From assembly GCA_963790305.1 (NCBI GenBank), contig CAWBOC010000006.1, positions 160,001 to 224,000 on the forward strand: DNA of 64,000 nt, given 5' to 3'. Position numbers and translations under genes: made by a program. The notes beneath the pieces are model-generated. The model was given only the letters and a program-made list of their open reading frames with translations, was not told the origin of the DNA and searched no databases. The DNA comes from an uncultured Gemmatimonadaceae bacterium. Its GTDB lineage: Bacteria > Gemmatimonadota > Gemmatimonadetes > Gemmatimonadales > Gemmatimonadaceae. Positions 52,694 through 62,886 of the stretch are shown here, piece after piece; position 1 is the stretch's first letter; each line of letters opens with the position of its first letter.

Positions 52694-53524
52694 CTGCGGG
52701 CAGGAAGGCCAGCGTCCCGTTAGGGCACCTTCCCGCGTTCGACGAGGCGGCCAAAGAAGGTCGTCAGCCCAGCGAGGTGCGGATACGACAGCCCATAGTC
52801 AAGGCCCGTTAGGTACTCGAGACACTTCGCCTGGGTAACACCGGTATGCGCCGCGGCTTGGCGGGCGAGCTCATCCGAGGTGGGCCAATCCCCAGTCGCG
52901 CGATTCGATCAACGCGGCATGGACGGCGAGCGCCTGCTTGACCGGCGTAGAGCGCAGCGCGACCCAGACGGCGAAAACGAACGGCAGCCCGGTCCACTCC
53001 TTCCAGATCGCTCCCAGATCGTAGAGGTGCGGATACCGCGGCGCACCCGACGTGCCCGCGCCGAGGAGCAGAGCCGCATCGCCAATAACCAGACGTGCGT
53101 CATGCTCCTCCCGCTCAAAGCGTCTCACGTCACTGACCTCGGCGTCGCCTGGCACGAAGCGCGGTGTGCATCGCCAGACGTTCTCGAACAGCAGCTCGAG
53201 AAGAGCCACACTCGTCATCGAGCTCCGACTCACGAGCACCTGCCGATTGCCGAGGTCCTCTGCGCGGTACCGTGAGAACAGCATCACGCTACGCACCGGT
53301 CCGTCGCAGGATACCGCAAGATCGGGGAGGAGGACGTAGCGACTCGAGTCGCGCGCGTATTCCACCGCCGACACGACGCTCACGTCGAGCTCTCCTCGCG
53401 CAATGCGTCCGTTGAGCTCCGAGGGGGTGCCGTCCACGAGTGAGGCGTCCAGCTGCACCACTCCGCGGTCGATGGCGCCATACACCGGATAGCAGTTGAT
53501 GTACGGAATTCGACCGACGCGCAT
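52689..53524 (-). CDS. mqnA: Chorismate dehydratase; frameshifts near 3' end
   Basis: RVGRIPYINCYP, DGPVRSV, SMTS, LVIGDAAL, DLGAIWKEWTGLPFVFAVW. Confidence 0.9.
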
Positions 53525-53525
53525 G

Positions 53526-54686
53526 CTACGCCGCCTCCGCGCTCGGCACCGCGTCGAAGCGGCGCAACTCCTGATAGAACGAATCCCGCTCGACCGGCAC
53601 TCTCCCCGCTCCGCGAATGAGACGCACCAGCTCGTCCAGCGGAATGCTCTGCGGCGTGTGGGCGCCAGCCTCGTGATAGATCTTCTCACGCACCACGGTG
53701 CCCTCGAGGTCATTCACGCCGAACGACAGCGCGACTTGTGACAACGCCGTGGTCACCATGATCCAGTGCGTCTTGACGTGCGCGATGTTGTCGAGGAAGA
53801 GCCGTCCCACGGCCAGGTTCCGAAGATCATCGAAGCCGGTCGTGGCGGTGCCCCCACGCCCCAACTGGTCGCCGAGCTCGTTGTGGTCGGGGTGGTACGC
53901 GAGCGGAATGTAGGCGAGGAAGCCGCCTGTCTCCTCCTGGAGGTCACGCAACATCGCCAGGTGCTCGATGCGGTCTTCGATCGACTCGACGTGTCCGTAC
54001 AGCATGGTGCAGTTCGAGCGGATGCCAAGGCCGTGCGCGACCCGGTGTACCTCGATCCAGTCCTCGGCGGCGAGCTTCTTCTCGGCGATCGTCGCGCGGA
54101 CACCTTTGCTGAAGACTTCGGCGCCGCCGCCCGGCATCGTGTCGAGGCCTGCCTCACGCAGGGCCGTGAGCACCTCAGCGATCGACATTTTCTCGATGCG
54201 CGCGATGTGAGCGATCTCGACCGCCGTCAGCGCCTTGATGTGGACGTTTGGATGGCGTGTCTTGAGTCCGCGAAACATCTCGGCGTAGTACTCGAGCCCC
54301 GCCTGCATGTCGAGCCCGCCCACAATGTGGAACTCACGGACATACGGATTCGCGGCGGCCTCAGCGTACGCCTGCTCCATCGTATAGCGGTACGCCCCGT
54401 CTTCCTTGGGCAAGCGCGCGTACGAGCAGAAGACGCAGGTCTTCCGCAGGATGCAGACGTTCGTGGGATTGATGTGCTGATTGGCGGCGAAGTACACGCG
54501 GTCGCCATGGCGCGCGCGATTGGCCGCGTCCGCCAAAACGCCGACGCCTAACAGGTCGGGCGTGCGAAAAAGGTAGGTGCCCTCGTCCGGCGTGAGCCGC
54601 TGGCCGGCTTCGACCTTCTCGGCGATCGGCTGCAGCGCAGGATCGCGGAGCAGCGTGCGATCGATGCCGCGGACGGCGACGGTCAT
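53526..54686 (-). CDS. mqnE: Aminofutalosine synthase (radical SAM)
   Basis: NQHINPTNVCILRKTCVFC, KALTAVEI, PGGGAEVF, TMLYGHVE, GTVVREKIYHEAG. Confidence 0.9.
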   Translation of the reverse strand: MTVAVRGIDRTLLRDPALQPIAEKVEAGQRLTPDEGTYLFRTPDLLGVGVLADAANRARHGDRVYFAANQHINPTNVCILRKTCVFCSYARLPKEDGAYRYTMEQAYAEAAANPYVREFHIVGGLDMQAGLEYYAEMFRGLKTRHPNVHIKALTAVEIAHIARIEKMSIAEVLTALREAGLDTMPGGGAEVFSKGVRATIAEKKLAAEDWIEVHRVAHGLGIRSNCTMLYGHVESIEDRIEHLAMLRDLQEETGGFLAYIPLAYHPDHNELGDQLGRGGTATTGFDDLRNLAVGRLFLDNIAHVKTHWIMVTTALSQVALSFGVNDLEGTVVREKIYHEAGAHTPQSIPLDELVRLIRGAGRVPVERDSFYQELRRFDAVPSAEAA

Positions 54687-55927
54687 TCGGGGTAACGCTT
54701 CACGGCGAGCGTCACGTTATGGCCGCCGAATCCGAAGCTGTTGCTCAACGCCGCGGTCATCTCGCGCGAGGCCGTCTGGTTGGGCGTGTAGTTCAAGTCG
54801 CAGTCGGGATCAGGGGTCTGGTAATTGATGGTCGGCGGAATCTTCCCCTCGCGTACCGCGAGCGCACTGAAGATGAACTCGACCGCCCCCGCGGCACCGA
54901 GCATGTGTCCTGTCGCCGATTTGGTCGAGCTGACGTTCAGCCGCTTGGCATGCTCACCGAACACCGCCTTGATCGCCTTCGTCTCGTTGAGATCGTTGGC
55001 GGGCGTGCTCGTGCCGTGGGCGTTGATATACTCGACGTCGGCGGGTCCCAGTCCCGCGTCCTGCATCGCCCGTCGCATTGCGCGCTGGGCGCCTTCGCCG
55101 TCGGGCGCCGGCGCCGTGAGGTGATACGCATCGCCGGTGGCGCCATACCCCACGATCTCCGCGTAAATGCGGGCGCCACGCTTCTTCGCGTGCTCGAGCT
55201 CCTCGAGAACGACCACGCCTGACCCTTCCCCCATCACGAACCCGTCGCGCGTAGCGTCGAAGGGGCGTGACGCGGTCTCCGGCGAGTCATTCCGCTCCGA
55301 GAGCGCTTTCATGTTGGCAAACCCGCCGATGGCCATCGGCGTGACAGTCGCTTCCGCGCCGCCACTCAGGATGATGTCGGCATCGCCGTATTGAATCGTC
55401 CGAAACGCATCGCCGATAGCGTGCGCGCTCGTGGCGCACGCGGAGACGGTCGCGTAGTTCGGGCCCTTCGCGTTGAAGCGCATCGATACAATGCCCGCTG
55501 CAATGTCGGCGATGAACATCGGGATGAAGAAGGGCGAGATCTTCGAAGGGCCGCGCGCCTTGTAGACGTCGTGCTGTTCCTCGAACGAGCGCAGCCCGCC
55601 AATGCCGCTGCCAATGATCACGCCGGTGCGTTCCGGATCGTAGCCATTCCCCTCGGCGAACCCGGCGTCCTGCATCGCCTGGACGGCGGCCGCCACCGCG
55701 TACTGCGTATACGCATCGGCGCGCTTCGCCTCCTTCCGGTCCATGAACTCGACCGGATCGAAGCCCTTCACTTCGGCCGCGAATCGTACCGGGAACGTGG
55801 TCGCATCGAACTTCGTGATCGGCCCCGCCCCCGACTTCGCCGCCAGGAGGGAACGCCAAGTCGTCGCCACGTCGTTGCCGACGGGCGTGAGGCATCCGAA
55901 CCCCGTGACGACGACCCGACGCCGCAT
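54683..55927 (-). CDS. fabF: Beta-ketoacyl-ACP synthase II
   Basis: RRVVVTG, SACATS, GFVMGEG, NAHGTST, TGHMLGAAG, SNSFGFGGHN. Confidence 0.97.
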   Translation of the reverse strand: MRRRVVVTGFGCLTPVGNDVATTWRSLLAAKSGAGPITKFDATTFPVRFAAEVKGFDPVEFMDRKEAKRADAYTQYAVAAAVQAMQDAGFAEGNGYDPERTGVIIGSGIGGLRSFEEQHDVYKARGPSKISPFFIPMFIADIAAGIVSMRFNAKGPNYATVSACATSAHAIGDAFRTIQYGDADIILSGGAEATVTPMAIGGFANMKALSERNDSPETASRPFDATRDGFVMGEGSGVVVLEELEHAKKRGARIYAEIVGYGATGDAYHLTAPAPDGEGAQRAMRRAMQDAGLGPADVEYINAHGTSTPANDLNETKAIKAVFGEHAKRLNVSSTKSATGHMLGAAGAVEFIFSALAVREGKIPPTINYQTPDPDCDLNYTPNQTASREMTAALSNSFGFGGHNVTLAVKRYPE

Positions 55928-56166
55928 CAGGCCTTCACCTTCTCCCGGAGGTAATTCATGGCATCGCCGACCGTCCGCATTTTCTCCGCGTCCTCATCGG
56001 GGATGTCGATGTTGAACTCCTTCTCGAACGCCATGACGAGCTCGACGGTGTCGAGGCTGTCGGCGCCGAGATCTTCCATGAAGCTCGCTTCATTGGTGAG
56101 CTTCTCGCGCTCGACTCCAAGCTCCTCTACGATGATGTCCTTGACCTTGTCCTGGAGATCGGGCAT
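55927..56166 (-). CDS. acpP: Acyl carrier protein
   Basis: [17 protein letters not shown]. Confidence 0.97.
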   Translation of the reverse strand: MPDLQDKVKDIIVEELGVEREKLTNEASFMEDLGADSLDTVELVMAFEKEFNIDIPDEDAEKMRTVGDAMNYLREKVKA

Positions 56167-56202
56167 GGGGCTTAGTCCTCAGGGTTGAGTGTACGACGAC
56201 CA

Positions 56203-56273
56203 GAATGCGAAACGCGAATGCGGAAGGCCAGGAATGCGCTCCAAGTGGTTCGGCATTCCGCATCCCGAATTCC
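56203..56273. repeat. Degenerate GAATGCG heptamer repeats with inverted copies
   Basis: GAATGCGAAACGCGAATGCGG...GGAATGCG followed by GCATTCCGCATCCCGAATTCC in the fabG-acpP gap. Confidence 0.55.
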
Positions 56274-56281
56274 ACTGAAAT

Positions 56282-57019
56282 CTACATAACCATACCGCCG
56301 TCCACCACGAAGACCTGCCCCGTGATGTACGCGGCATGCTCGGAGGCGAGGAACGCCGCGACCGCGGCAATGTCCTTCGGGGTTCCGAGCCGTTCGAGGG
56401 GGATCTGCGCACTGAGCGCGGCACGTGCGTCGGCGGTCATGGCCGACGTCATGTCGGTCTCGATGAACCCGGGGGCGATGACGTTCGCGAGGATGTTCCG
56501 CGACGCGAACTCCTTCGCGACCGACTTGGTAAAGCCGATCAACCCCGCTTTGCTCGCCGCATAATTGGACTGTCCCTTGTTGCCAATGAGGCCGACCACG
56601 CTCGAAATGTTGATGATGCGTCCCCAGCGCCGCTTCATCATGCCTCGTGCCGCGGCCCGAACTGCCGCGAATGCTCCGCGCAAATTCGCGTGCAGGACCG
56701 CATCCCAATCCTCGTCCTTTAGCCGAAGAAGAATGTTGTCCCTGGTCAGGCCCGCGTTGTTGACGAGGATGTCGACCGAGCCAAAGTCGCGTTCGACCGA
56801 CTCGATGAGCGAGGCCACCTGGCCCGTGTCGGATACGTCCGCGGCATATCCACGTGCCTCTCCACCAAGCGCCGCGGCCGCGTCGGAGGCCCGCGTGGAG
56901 TCACGTCCCACCACGGCGACGCGCGCACCGCAGCCCGAGAATGTCGCGGCGATTTCGCGGCCAATGCCGCGGGTGCCGCCGGTCACGAGTGCAACGCGTC
57001 CGCTCAGATCGATTTGCAT
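56282..57019 (-). CDS. fabG: 3-oxoacyl-ACP reductase
   Basis: TGGTRGIG, NNAG, ISSVVG, YAASKAG, APGFIETDMT. Confidence 0.96.
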   Translation of the reverse strand: MQIDLSGRVALVTGGTRGIGREIAATFSGCGARVAVVGRDSTRASDAAAALGGEARGYAADVSDTGQVASLIESVERDFGSVDILVNNAGLTRDNILLRLKDEDWDAVLHANLRGAFAAVRAAARGMMKRRWGRIINISSVVGLIGNKGQSNYAASKAGLIGFTKSVAKEFASRNILANVIAPGFIETDMTSAMTADARAALSAQIPLERLGTPKDIAAVAAFLASEHAAYITGQVFVVDGGMVM

Positions 57020-57954
57020 CAGTTGACGGTGTTCAGGAGCTGATCGACTTCAGCCACCGTGCCACAGGTGGCCGACCGAATCTGAGGGGCAATGCGCTTG
57101 GTGAGATTCGTGAGCACGTTCCCCGGTCCCATCTCCACGAAAAGCGCGTCCGGATAAGCCGTGGCCAGACTCCGGACGACGTCGGTCCAGCGCACCGGCG
57201 ATGTCAACTGCTCGAGCAAGAGTCGCTGCGCTTCAGCAGGTGTCGTGACCGCGGTTGCGCTCACGTTGCAGAACACCGGGAATGCTGGCTCGCGGAACTC
57301 GGCCTTGCGCAATGCCTGCGACAGCCCGTCCCGCGCGACTTCCATGAGGGGCGAGTGAAACGCGCCGCTCACCTTGAGACGCACCGCACGCTTTGCGCCG
57401 AGCTCTTTCGCCAGCTCCATGGCGCGCTCGACTGCCGCGATCTCGCCCGAGATAACGAGCTGTTCCGGCGTGTTGTAGTTGGCGGGGACCACCGACGCCC
57501 CGTTCGCCGAGGCACGACGACACGCTTCCTCGACCTTCGCTTCGTCGAGACCGAGGATCGCCGCCATCGCACCGGGGCGCTTCACCCCGCTGTCGTACAT
57601 GAGCTCGCCGCGGCGCCGGACCAGCGCGGCGGCATCGGCAAGGCCCAGCGAGCCCGCGGCATGATACGCCGTGAACTCGCCAAGCGAGTGACCGGCCGCG
57701 GCGCGCACGTGCGGAGCCAGCCGCTCCCCGGTCATTGCCCACACGGCCGCCCCATGCGCGAGCAGCGCGGGCTGTGCGTTTTGCGTGGCGGTGAGCTCGT
57801 CTTCGGGGCCGTTGAAGGCGAGCGAGGACAGCGATATCCCAAGGGTGCGATCCACGGTATCGAACACCTGCCGCGCCCGCGGCGTGTCGGCAAGATCCTT
57901 GGCCATCCCCGGCTTCTGCGATCCCTGCCCGGGGAAGAGGAGTACGACATCCAT
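57019..57954 (-). CDS. fabD: Malonyl-CoA:ACP transacylase
   Basis: FPGQGSQ, GHSLGE, ANYN, VSGAFHS, PVRW. Confidence 0.96.
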   Translation of the reverse strand: MDVVLLFPGQGSQKPGMAKDLADTPRARQVFDTVDRTLGISLSSLAFNGPEDELTATQNAQPALLAHGAAVWAMTGERLAPHVRAAAGHSLGEFTAYHAAGSLGLADAAALVRRRGELMYDSGVKRPGAMAAILGLDEAKVEEACRRASANGASVVPANYNTPEQLVISGEIAAVERAMELAKELGAKRAVRLKVSGAFHSPLMEVARDGLSQALRKAEFREPAFPVFCNVSATAVTTPAEAQRLLLEQLTSPVRWTDVVRSLATAYPDALFVEMGPGNVLTNLTKRIAPQIRSATCGTVAEVDQLLNTVN

Positions 57955-57961
57955 GTGCGGC

Positions 57962-58951
57962 CTAGAAGCGCACGATGGTGGAGGCCCAGGTAAAGCCTGC
58001 GCCGAACGCGACCATCAGCACGGTGGCGCCCTCGCCGATGCGCCCGGTCTCGAACGCCTCGTCGAGGGAAATGGGGATCGATGCCGACGATGTGTTGCCG
58101 TATCGGTCGACATTCACGTACACCTTGTCCATCGAGATGCCGGCATGTTTGGCCGTGGCCTCGATGATCCGCACGTTGGCCTGGTGCGGGATGAGCAGAT
58201 CGATGTCCTTGCCGGTGAGGCGTGCGGCATCGAGCGCACGGTCGCACGCCTCCGCCATGGACCGGACCGCGTGCTTGAACACCTCACGACCCGCCATCTT
58301 CACGAAGTGGGAACGGTCCATCAACACGGCCTCGGTGATGGGGACCGTCGCTCCACCGTGAGGCCGGTACAACAGCTCGGCCAGCGTCCCATCACTGCGC
58401 ATGAAGCTGCTCAAGATTCCCTTGTGGTGCTTCGACCGTCGCAGCACGGTGGCACCGGCACCATCGCCGAACAGCACGCACGTCGAACGATCCTTCCAGT
58501 CGACGATCGAGCTCATCTTCTCCGACGCGATCACGAGAATCGTCTCGGCCGTACCGGCCGCGATCATCCCTTCGGCGACCGTCAGGCCATAGAGCCATCC
58601 GGAGCATGCCGCGGAGACGTCGAATGCGGCCGCGCGTGTTGCTCCGAGCTCCGCCTGAATGTCGACCGCAGTGGCCGGTAGCAGGCGATCGGGGGTCGCA
58701 GTGCTGAGCAGGATGGCGTCCACCTCACCGGCATGCACGCCCGCCCGCTGCATCGCGATGCGCGACGCCTCGGCGCCGAGGGAGCATGTCGTCTCCCCGT
58801 CGCGGGCGATGTGCCGCTCGACGATGCCCGTGCGCTCGACGATCCAGTCGTGCGACGTCTCGAGGCCGAGAGCCGCGAAGTCGTGATTGGTCATCACGTG
58901 CGCCGGAATCGAGCGCCCGGTGCTCACGACCTGCGCGAGTGGCCGCCTCAC
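57962..58951 (-). CDS. fabH: Beta-ketoacyl-ACP synthase III
   Basis: WIVERTGI, AACSG, LFGDGAGA, PHQAN, GNTSSAS, FGAGFTW. Confidence 0.96.
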   Translation of the reverse strand: MRRPLAQVVSTGRSIPAHVMTNHDFAALGLETSHDWIVERTGIVERHIARDGETTCSLGAEASRIAMQRAGVHAGEVDAILLSTATPDRLLPATAVDIQAELGATRAAAFDVSAACSGWLYGLTVAEGMIAAGTAETILVIASEKMSSIVDWKDRSTCVLFGDGAGATVLRRSKHHKGILSSFMRSDGTLAELLYRPHGGATVPITEAVLMDRSHFVKMAGREVFKHAVRSMAEACDRALDAARLTGKDIDLLIPHQANVRIIEATAKHAGISMDKVYVNVDRYGNTSSASIPISLDEAFETGRIGEGATVLMVAFGAGFTWASTIVRF

Positions 58952-59961
58952 GAGGCAGACTCCTTGGCGGACTGCGCGAGGCGTCGGCCAATGTGCTCCG
59001 TCATTCGCGACTCCACCGCGCGCAGCGCGACGAGGATGGCATTCTTGATGGCGTTCGGCGAGGACTTGCCGTGCGAGATGATGCTGACGCCTCGCACACC
59101 GAGCAGCGGCGCGCCGCCATGCTCGGAGTAGTCGAACTCCTTCGAGAACGCGCGCTTCAACTGCACCGGATCCATCCCGGAGCGCGCGAGCAAGGCGAGA
59201 ATCATCGGTGGAACCGACTCATAGAACTTGAGCAGCACGTTCCCGACGAACCCATCGCAGACGACGACATCGATCGGCCCGCGTTCCGTCGCGCCGGCCA
59301 GAATATCCCTTCCCTCGACGTTGCCCTGAAAGTTGAGGTCCGATTCCAGGAGGGTCTGGTGGGCCTCCTTCACCGCGGCGTTTCCCTTCTCCGCCTCTTC
59401 GCCGATGCTGAGCAACCCGACCGATGGATTCTTGCGGCCGAGAATGTCTTCGGCGTACGTCGCGCCGAGCCGGGCGAACTGCACCAGCTCCTCAGCGGTG
59501 CAGTCGACGTTGGCGCCCGAGTCGAGAACGACGACCGGATGATTCACGGTCGGGAAGACGGTGCCGATCGCGGGACGTGTGAGGCCCTCGTGCAGCTTGA
59601 GGATCAGCGTCGACGCCGCCATCTGCGCGCCGGTGTTCCCGGCGGAGACGAAGGCATCGGACTCGCCGGCGGCCTGCAGCTTGAGGCCCACCGCCATCGA
59701 GCTGTTCGCCTTGGCGCGCAACACCGCGGCGGGCTTGTCCGACATCTCGACGACCTGGGGCGCTTCGACAATCGTGAGGCGCTTCCGCGCACTCGAGTCG
59801 CGCGCGAGCTGTGTGACGAGCTCGCGCTCGATGTCTTCAGTACGTCCGACGAGTTGGAGAGAGTGAGCCGGATCGAGCTCCCTCAACGCGAGCAGCGCGC
59901 CGGCGATCGTCGCGTGAGGCGCGTGGTCGCCGCCCATGGCGTCCAGCGCGATGCGCGCCAA
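58948..59961 (-). CDS. plsX: Phosphate acyltransferase
   Basis: IALDAMGGDHAP, SAGNTGA, DSGANVD, IGEEAEKG, CDGFVGN, GGAPLLG, HG. Confidence 0.96.
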   Translation of the reverse strand: MARIALDAMGGDHAPHATIAGALLALRELDPAHSLQLVGRTEDIERELVTQLARDSSARKRLTIVEAPQVVEMSDKPAAVLRAKANSSMAVGLKLQAAGESDAFVSAGNTGAQMAASTLILKLHEGLTRPAIGTVFPTVNHPVVVLDSGANVDCTAEELVQFARLGATYAEDILGRKNPSVGLLSIGEEAEKGNAAVKEAHQTLLESDLNFQGNVEGRDILAGATERGPIDVVVCDGFVGNVLLKFYESVPPMILALLARSGMDPVQLKRAFSKEFDYSEHGGAPLLGVRGVSIISHGKSSPNAIKNAILVALRAVESRMTEHIGRRLAQSAKESAS

Positions 59962-59964
59962 GGC

Positions 59965-60147
59965 TCAGCCTTCCCTTGCCGCGACCCGCTGTTTCCCTGC
60001 GTAGAATCCGCACTCCTGACACACACGATGCGGACGCTTCATGCTCCCGCACTTCGGACATGCCTGCATGACGATGGCGGGCGCGATCTTGTGCGTGTTA
60101 CGTGCGCGCTTTTTCCGCTTGCTCGTCCGTCGTTTCGGAACAGCCAT
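59965..60147 (-). CDS. rpmF: 50S ribosomal protein L32
   Basis: MAVPKRRTSK...CPKCG...PHRVCQECGFY. Confidence 0.96.
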   Translation of the reverse strand: MAVPKRRTSKRKKRARNTHKIAPAIVMQACPKCGSMKRPHRVCQECGFYAGKQRVAAREG

Positions 60148-60178
60148 GGTGGGGTAGAGCTCAGTGAAAGGGTATCGC

Positions 60179-60689
60179 TCAACGGGCTTCGCCGCGAAGC
60201 TTTCGCAGCGCATCCCAGCGGGTATCGACTTCGGGTTCACACGTGCACGTCGCCGCGTTCAGATCGGCGCCGCAGTCTGACACAGAGCCCTTGGCAATCC
60301 TCACGGCAGAGCGCGAACGTCGGGGCACTCAGCAACCACTGTTCACGAATTGCCGGTCGCAGATCGACGGTATGCGCTCCCGCCGGCAATGCGAAGACGT
60401 CCGGATCTTCCGCTTCGGCGTCGTCCGTTTCGACGAAGATGAAATGCACATCCTCGCCCACTGGCGCGGTGAGGCCGGTGAGGCATCGACGGCACGCGCC
60501 CTCGACGACTCCCTCGATGCGACCGCTCCAGTAGTAGCGACCCGACCCGGCCGAGGACAAACGGCCAGTCGCATGCACGGACGTCTGGGGCCTCGGATCT
60601 CCCTCCTGCCAGACGGCGTCGTCTCTCGAAAGGGCCCCGTCGACGCGCGCGGCCTGTTCCTGCAGGGCACCAATGTCGAAGGACAGCAT
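60179..60689 (-). CDS. yceD: YceD/DUF177 protein; frameshift near 60280
   Basis: CRRCL, DLRPAIRE, LCREDCQGLC, then CGADLN...CTC...DTRWDAL in the adjacent frame; upstream of rpmF. Confidence 0.9.
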
Positions 60690-60772
60690 AGCCACGAAAA
60701 ATACCCGAGCCGTCCGAGTGGGTCAAGTCAGCGAGTGGCAGTAAGTTACCCACAAGACGTGCACCGCGCCCT

Positions 60773-61815
60773 TCAGGGGCAGAGTTTCAGCATCTCCCGG
60801 CGGACCCGTGACGGGTCATCGATGAGTCGATAGAACTCCGCGTAGTATCGGCGGGACTTGTCCCGCTCGTCCCGCTCCAGAGGCTGGAGGTCATATAACG
60901 CGTCGATGGCGGCGCGGTGTTGACGAAATCGAGCAAAGATCGGCTCGAAGTCTTCCACGGCGCTACAGTATCCCGAGTACAGCCGCTCCTTCACGCTTCT
61001 GATTGGCAACGACGTGTCGGGGACGGCATACCGCGTTGCGATCACGCCGGCCCAGTCGAAGTCGTACGGAACGGGAAGAATCCGGCCGCCAGAATCCGCG
61101 AGCAGCACGATATTGTGCAAGGCGCGGATGGACCAATCGGTGTTCCCGATGAAGTACTGGAACACCGCCATGAAGACCGTTTGGGTCGGATCGAGCCGCG
61201 CGATGTGCGTGCCCGTGTCTTCCACGACCCGCATTCGGTGACGCGCGGCGAGACGGCCCTCGTCCTCGATGAGGATGGCGTAGCGCGTGACGGGCTTCTC
61301 GCGGCCCGCGGCATCCTCGTAGGTCACCCGCGCCAGACGAGTGCGGAGACTCAGGTCGGTGAGCAGCCCGTACGCCCTGTAGATCAGGTATTCCTGCAGC
61401 ACGTACTGCTCGTACTGGTCGCTGTTGCGGCAATGCGTGACCATCTTGACGCGCCGCTCTCCCTCGAACGGGGTGTCCTGACGCGCCCGCCGACCAACGG
61501 AGAGCCGCAGCGGGGGAAATGGGCACACGGCGGGACGAAGCCGAAAAATGCCCACGCGTGCGCAAGCCGATCGCCACGCTGTCCGTGCCCCCGTCGGGTC
61601 GCTACCAGGCGAGCGATTCCGTCGTGCTCGGTGCGATCCTCCCCACGATCCCGCAGCAGCGCACGAATATCCGTGCGGATGGTCATTTCGAGGGGGGAGT
61701 CCGAGCCGAATATGGACGGGCGCGCACTCGTCGTCGTGTCCTGCGCGGTGGCTCCGCGGCTCGCGACGAGCGCGATCCCGATCAGGATGTGCCTAACGCC
61801 GGATTTCCGCATCAT
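60773..61815 (-). CDS. Secreted CotH-kinase-like hypothetical protein; several frameshifts in the 5' third
   Basis: Signal peptide ending ATAQ, LRTRGHF, CPFPPLRL, KMVTHC, QEYLIYRAY, IGNTDW...HN, PVPYDFD. Confidence 0.65.
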
Positions 61816-62815
61816 CGATGAGCTCTCCTCCTGCGTCTCGAAGCGCCGTCAGCAAGGTATCCGCGGTTTCCGATCGTCTCAGCCCCAGCCGATATTCGAT
61901 CCAATCCACTCCGTCCGGCTCGTGGACGACGCCACCATAGCGTACGCGCTTGGCGCGCGCGTCCAGCACCGGCTCGATCAGCGGCCGCAAGCGGGCGACG
62001 TCAGTCGTGCGCAGCCGCAGCAGCGTGTCCGCGGTCTTCCCCAGCCCGTCGAGCTCGGGCGCCGCGCGCTTGCGGCGGCGCCAGGCGCGATCGGCGAGCG
62101 CCTCGAGCTGTGTGGGAGGAAGCTTCGACAGCAGGTCCGCATCGAGGCGCGCGACGAACTCCCCGGTTCGGTTGGCCGCCGCCAGCGTCCGCTCGAGGCG
62201 GCGCCGGGCATCTTTCGCCGCCGTGCGAGCGGGCGTCCGCGCGAAGTCGGTCATCCACAGCGTGACGATGAGGAGGTTAAAAATGACCGAGAGGGCAGCC
62301 GCGACCGGCAGGCTGACGCCCGCAGCGAGTCCGACGCCTGTGGAGAGAAAGATGTAGACGGCGTCCTTGCTGTCCTCGAGTGTGTTTCGGAAGCGTACGG
62401 CGGCAACGATACCCGCAAGGCTGAAGGCGAGCGGGATGCTGTTCTTCACCAGCACCACCACGCCGGCCACGACGACGGGCAGCAGCATGAGCGTGTGCAC
62501 GACTGACTGCCGAAATCCGCGACGCTCATGTGTGAGCGTGTAGACCCAGGCGACCGGCAGGGTGAGGAGTGCCGCCGCGAGCATTGCGACGGTCGCCGCG
62601 ACAGCGCCTTGCAGCTCGCCCGGGAGGCCGGTGGGAGCCGTGTCGGTCGCTCCTCGTGGCTCGAGCAGCTCGCTCAGCGAGACCGGCGGCAACCACCGAA
62701 CGGCGAGCGCCACGGCGAGCGCAAGGACCGCGTAGTAGACGATCACGCGCAGCGGGACGCCAATCGCGATCCGCCCTGCTTGCCGAGCCGCCCCCGAGGT
62801 GCGTCCACTAGCCAT
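61793..62815 (-). CDS. DUF4956 membrane protein
   Basis: LVKNSIPLAFSLAGIVAAVRFRNTLEDSKDAVYIFLSTGVGLAAG plus a C-terminal soluble domain. Confidence 0.85.
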   Translation of the reverse strand: MASGRTSGAARQAGRIAIGVPLRVIVYYAVLALAVALAVRWLPPVSLSELLEPRGATDTAPTGLPGELQGAVAATVAMLAAALLTLPVAWVYTLTHERRGFRQSVVHTLMLLPVVVAGVVVLVKNSIPLAFSLAGIVAAVRFRNTLEDSKDAVYIFLSTGVGLAAGVSLPVAAALSVIFNLLIVTLWMTDFARTPARTAAKDARRRLERTLAAANRTGEFVARLDADLLSKLPPTQLEALADRAWRRRKRAAPELDGLGKTADTLLRLRTTDVARLRPLIEPVLDARAKRVRYGGVVHEPDGVDWIEYRLGLRRSETADTLLTALRDAGGELIDDAEIRR

Positions 62816-62886
62816 GCGCGTCGTATCCCGGTTGGAATGCCGCGATACTATGTCGACTGAGAGAAACGCGCGGTAGGGGCCTGCCG

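Noticed and set aside
59965..60240. N-terminally extended L32
   Set aside because: The extension overlaps the frameshifted yceD 3' end. The canonical MAVPK start is at 60147.
58786..62506. Long plus-strand ORFs (582 aa and 529 aa)
   Set aside because: They are antisense to plsX/rpmF/yceD and the CotH-like/DUF4956 genes, are Arg-rich, and have no recognisable motifs.
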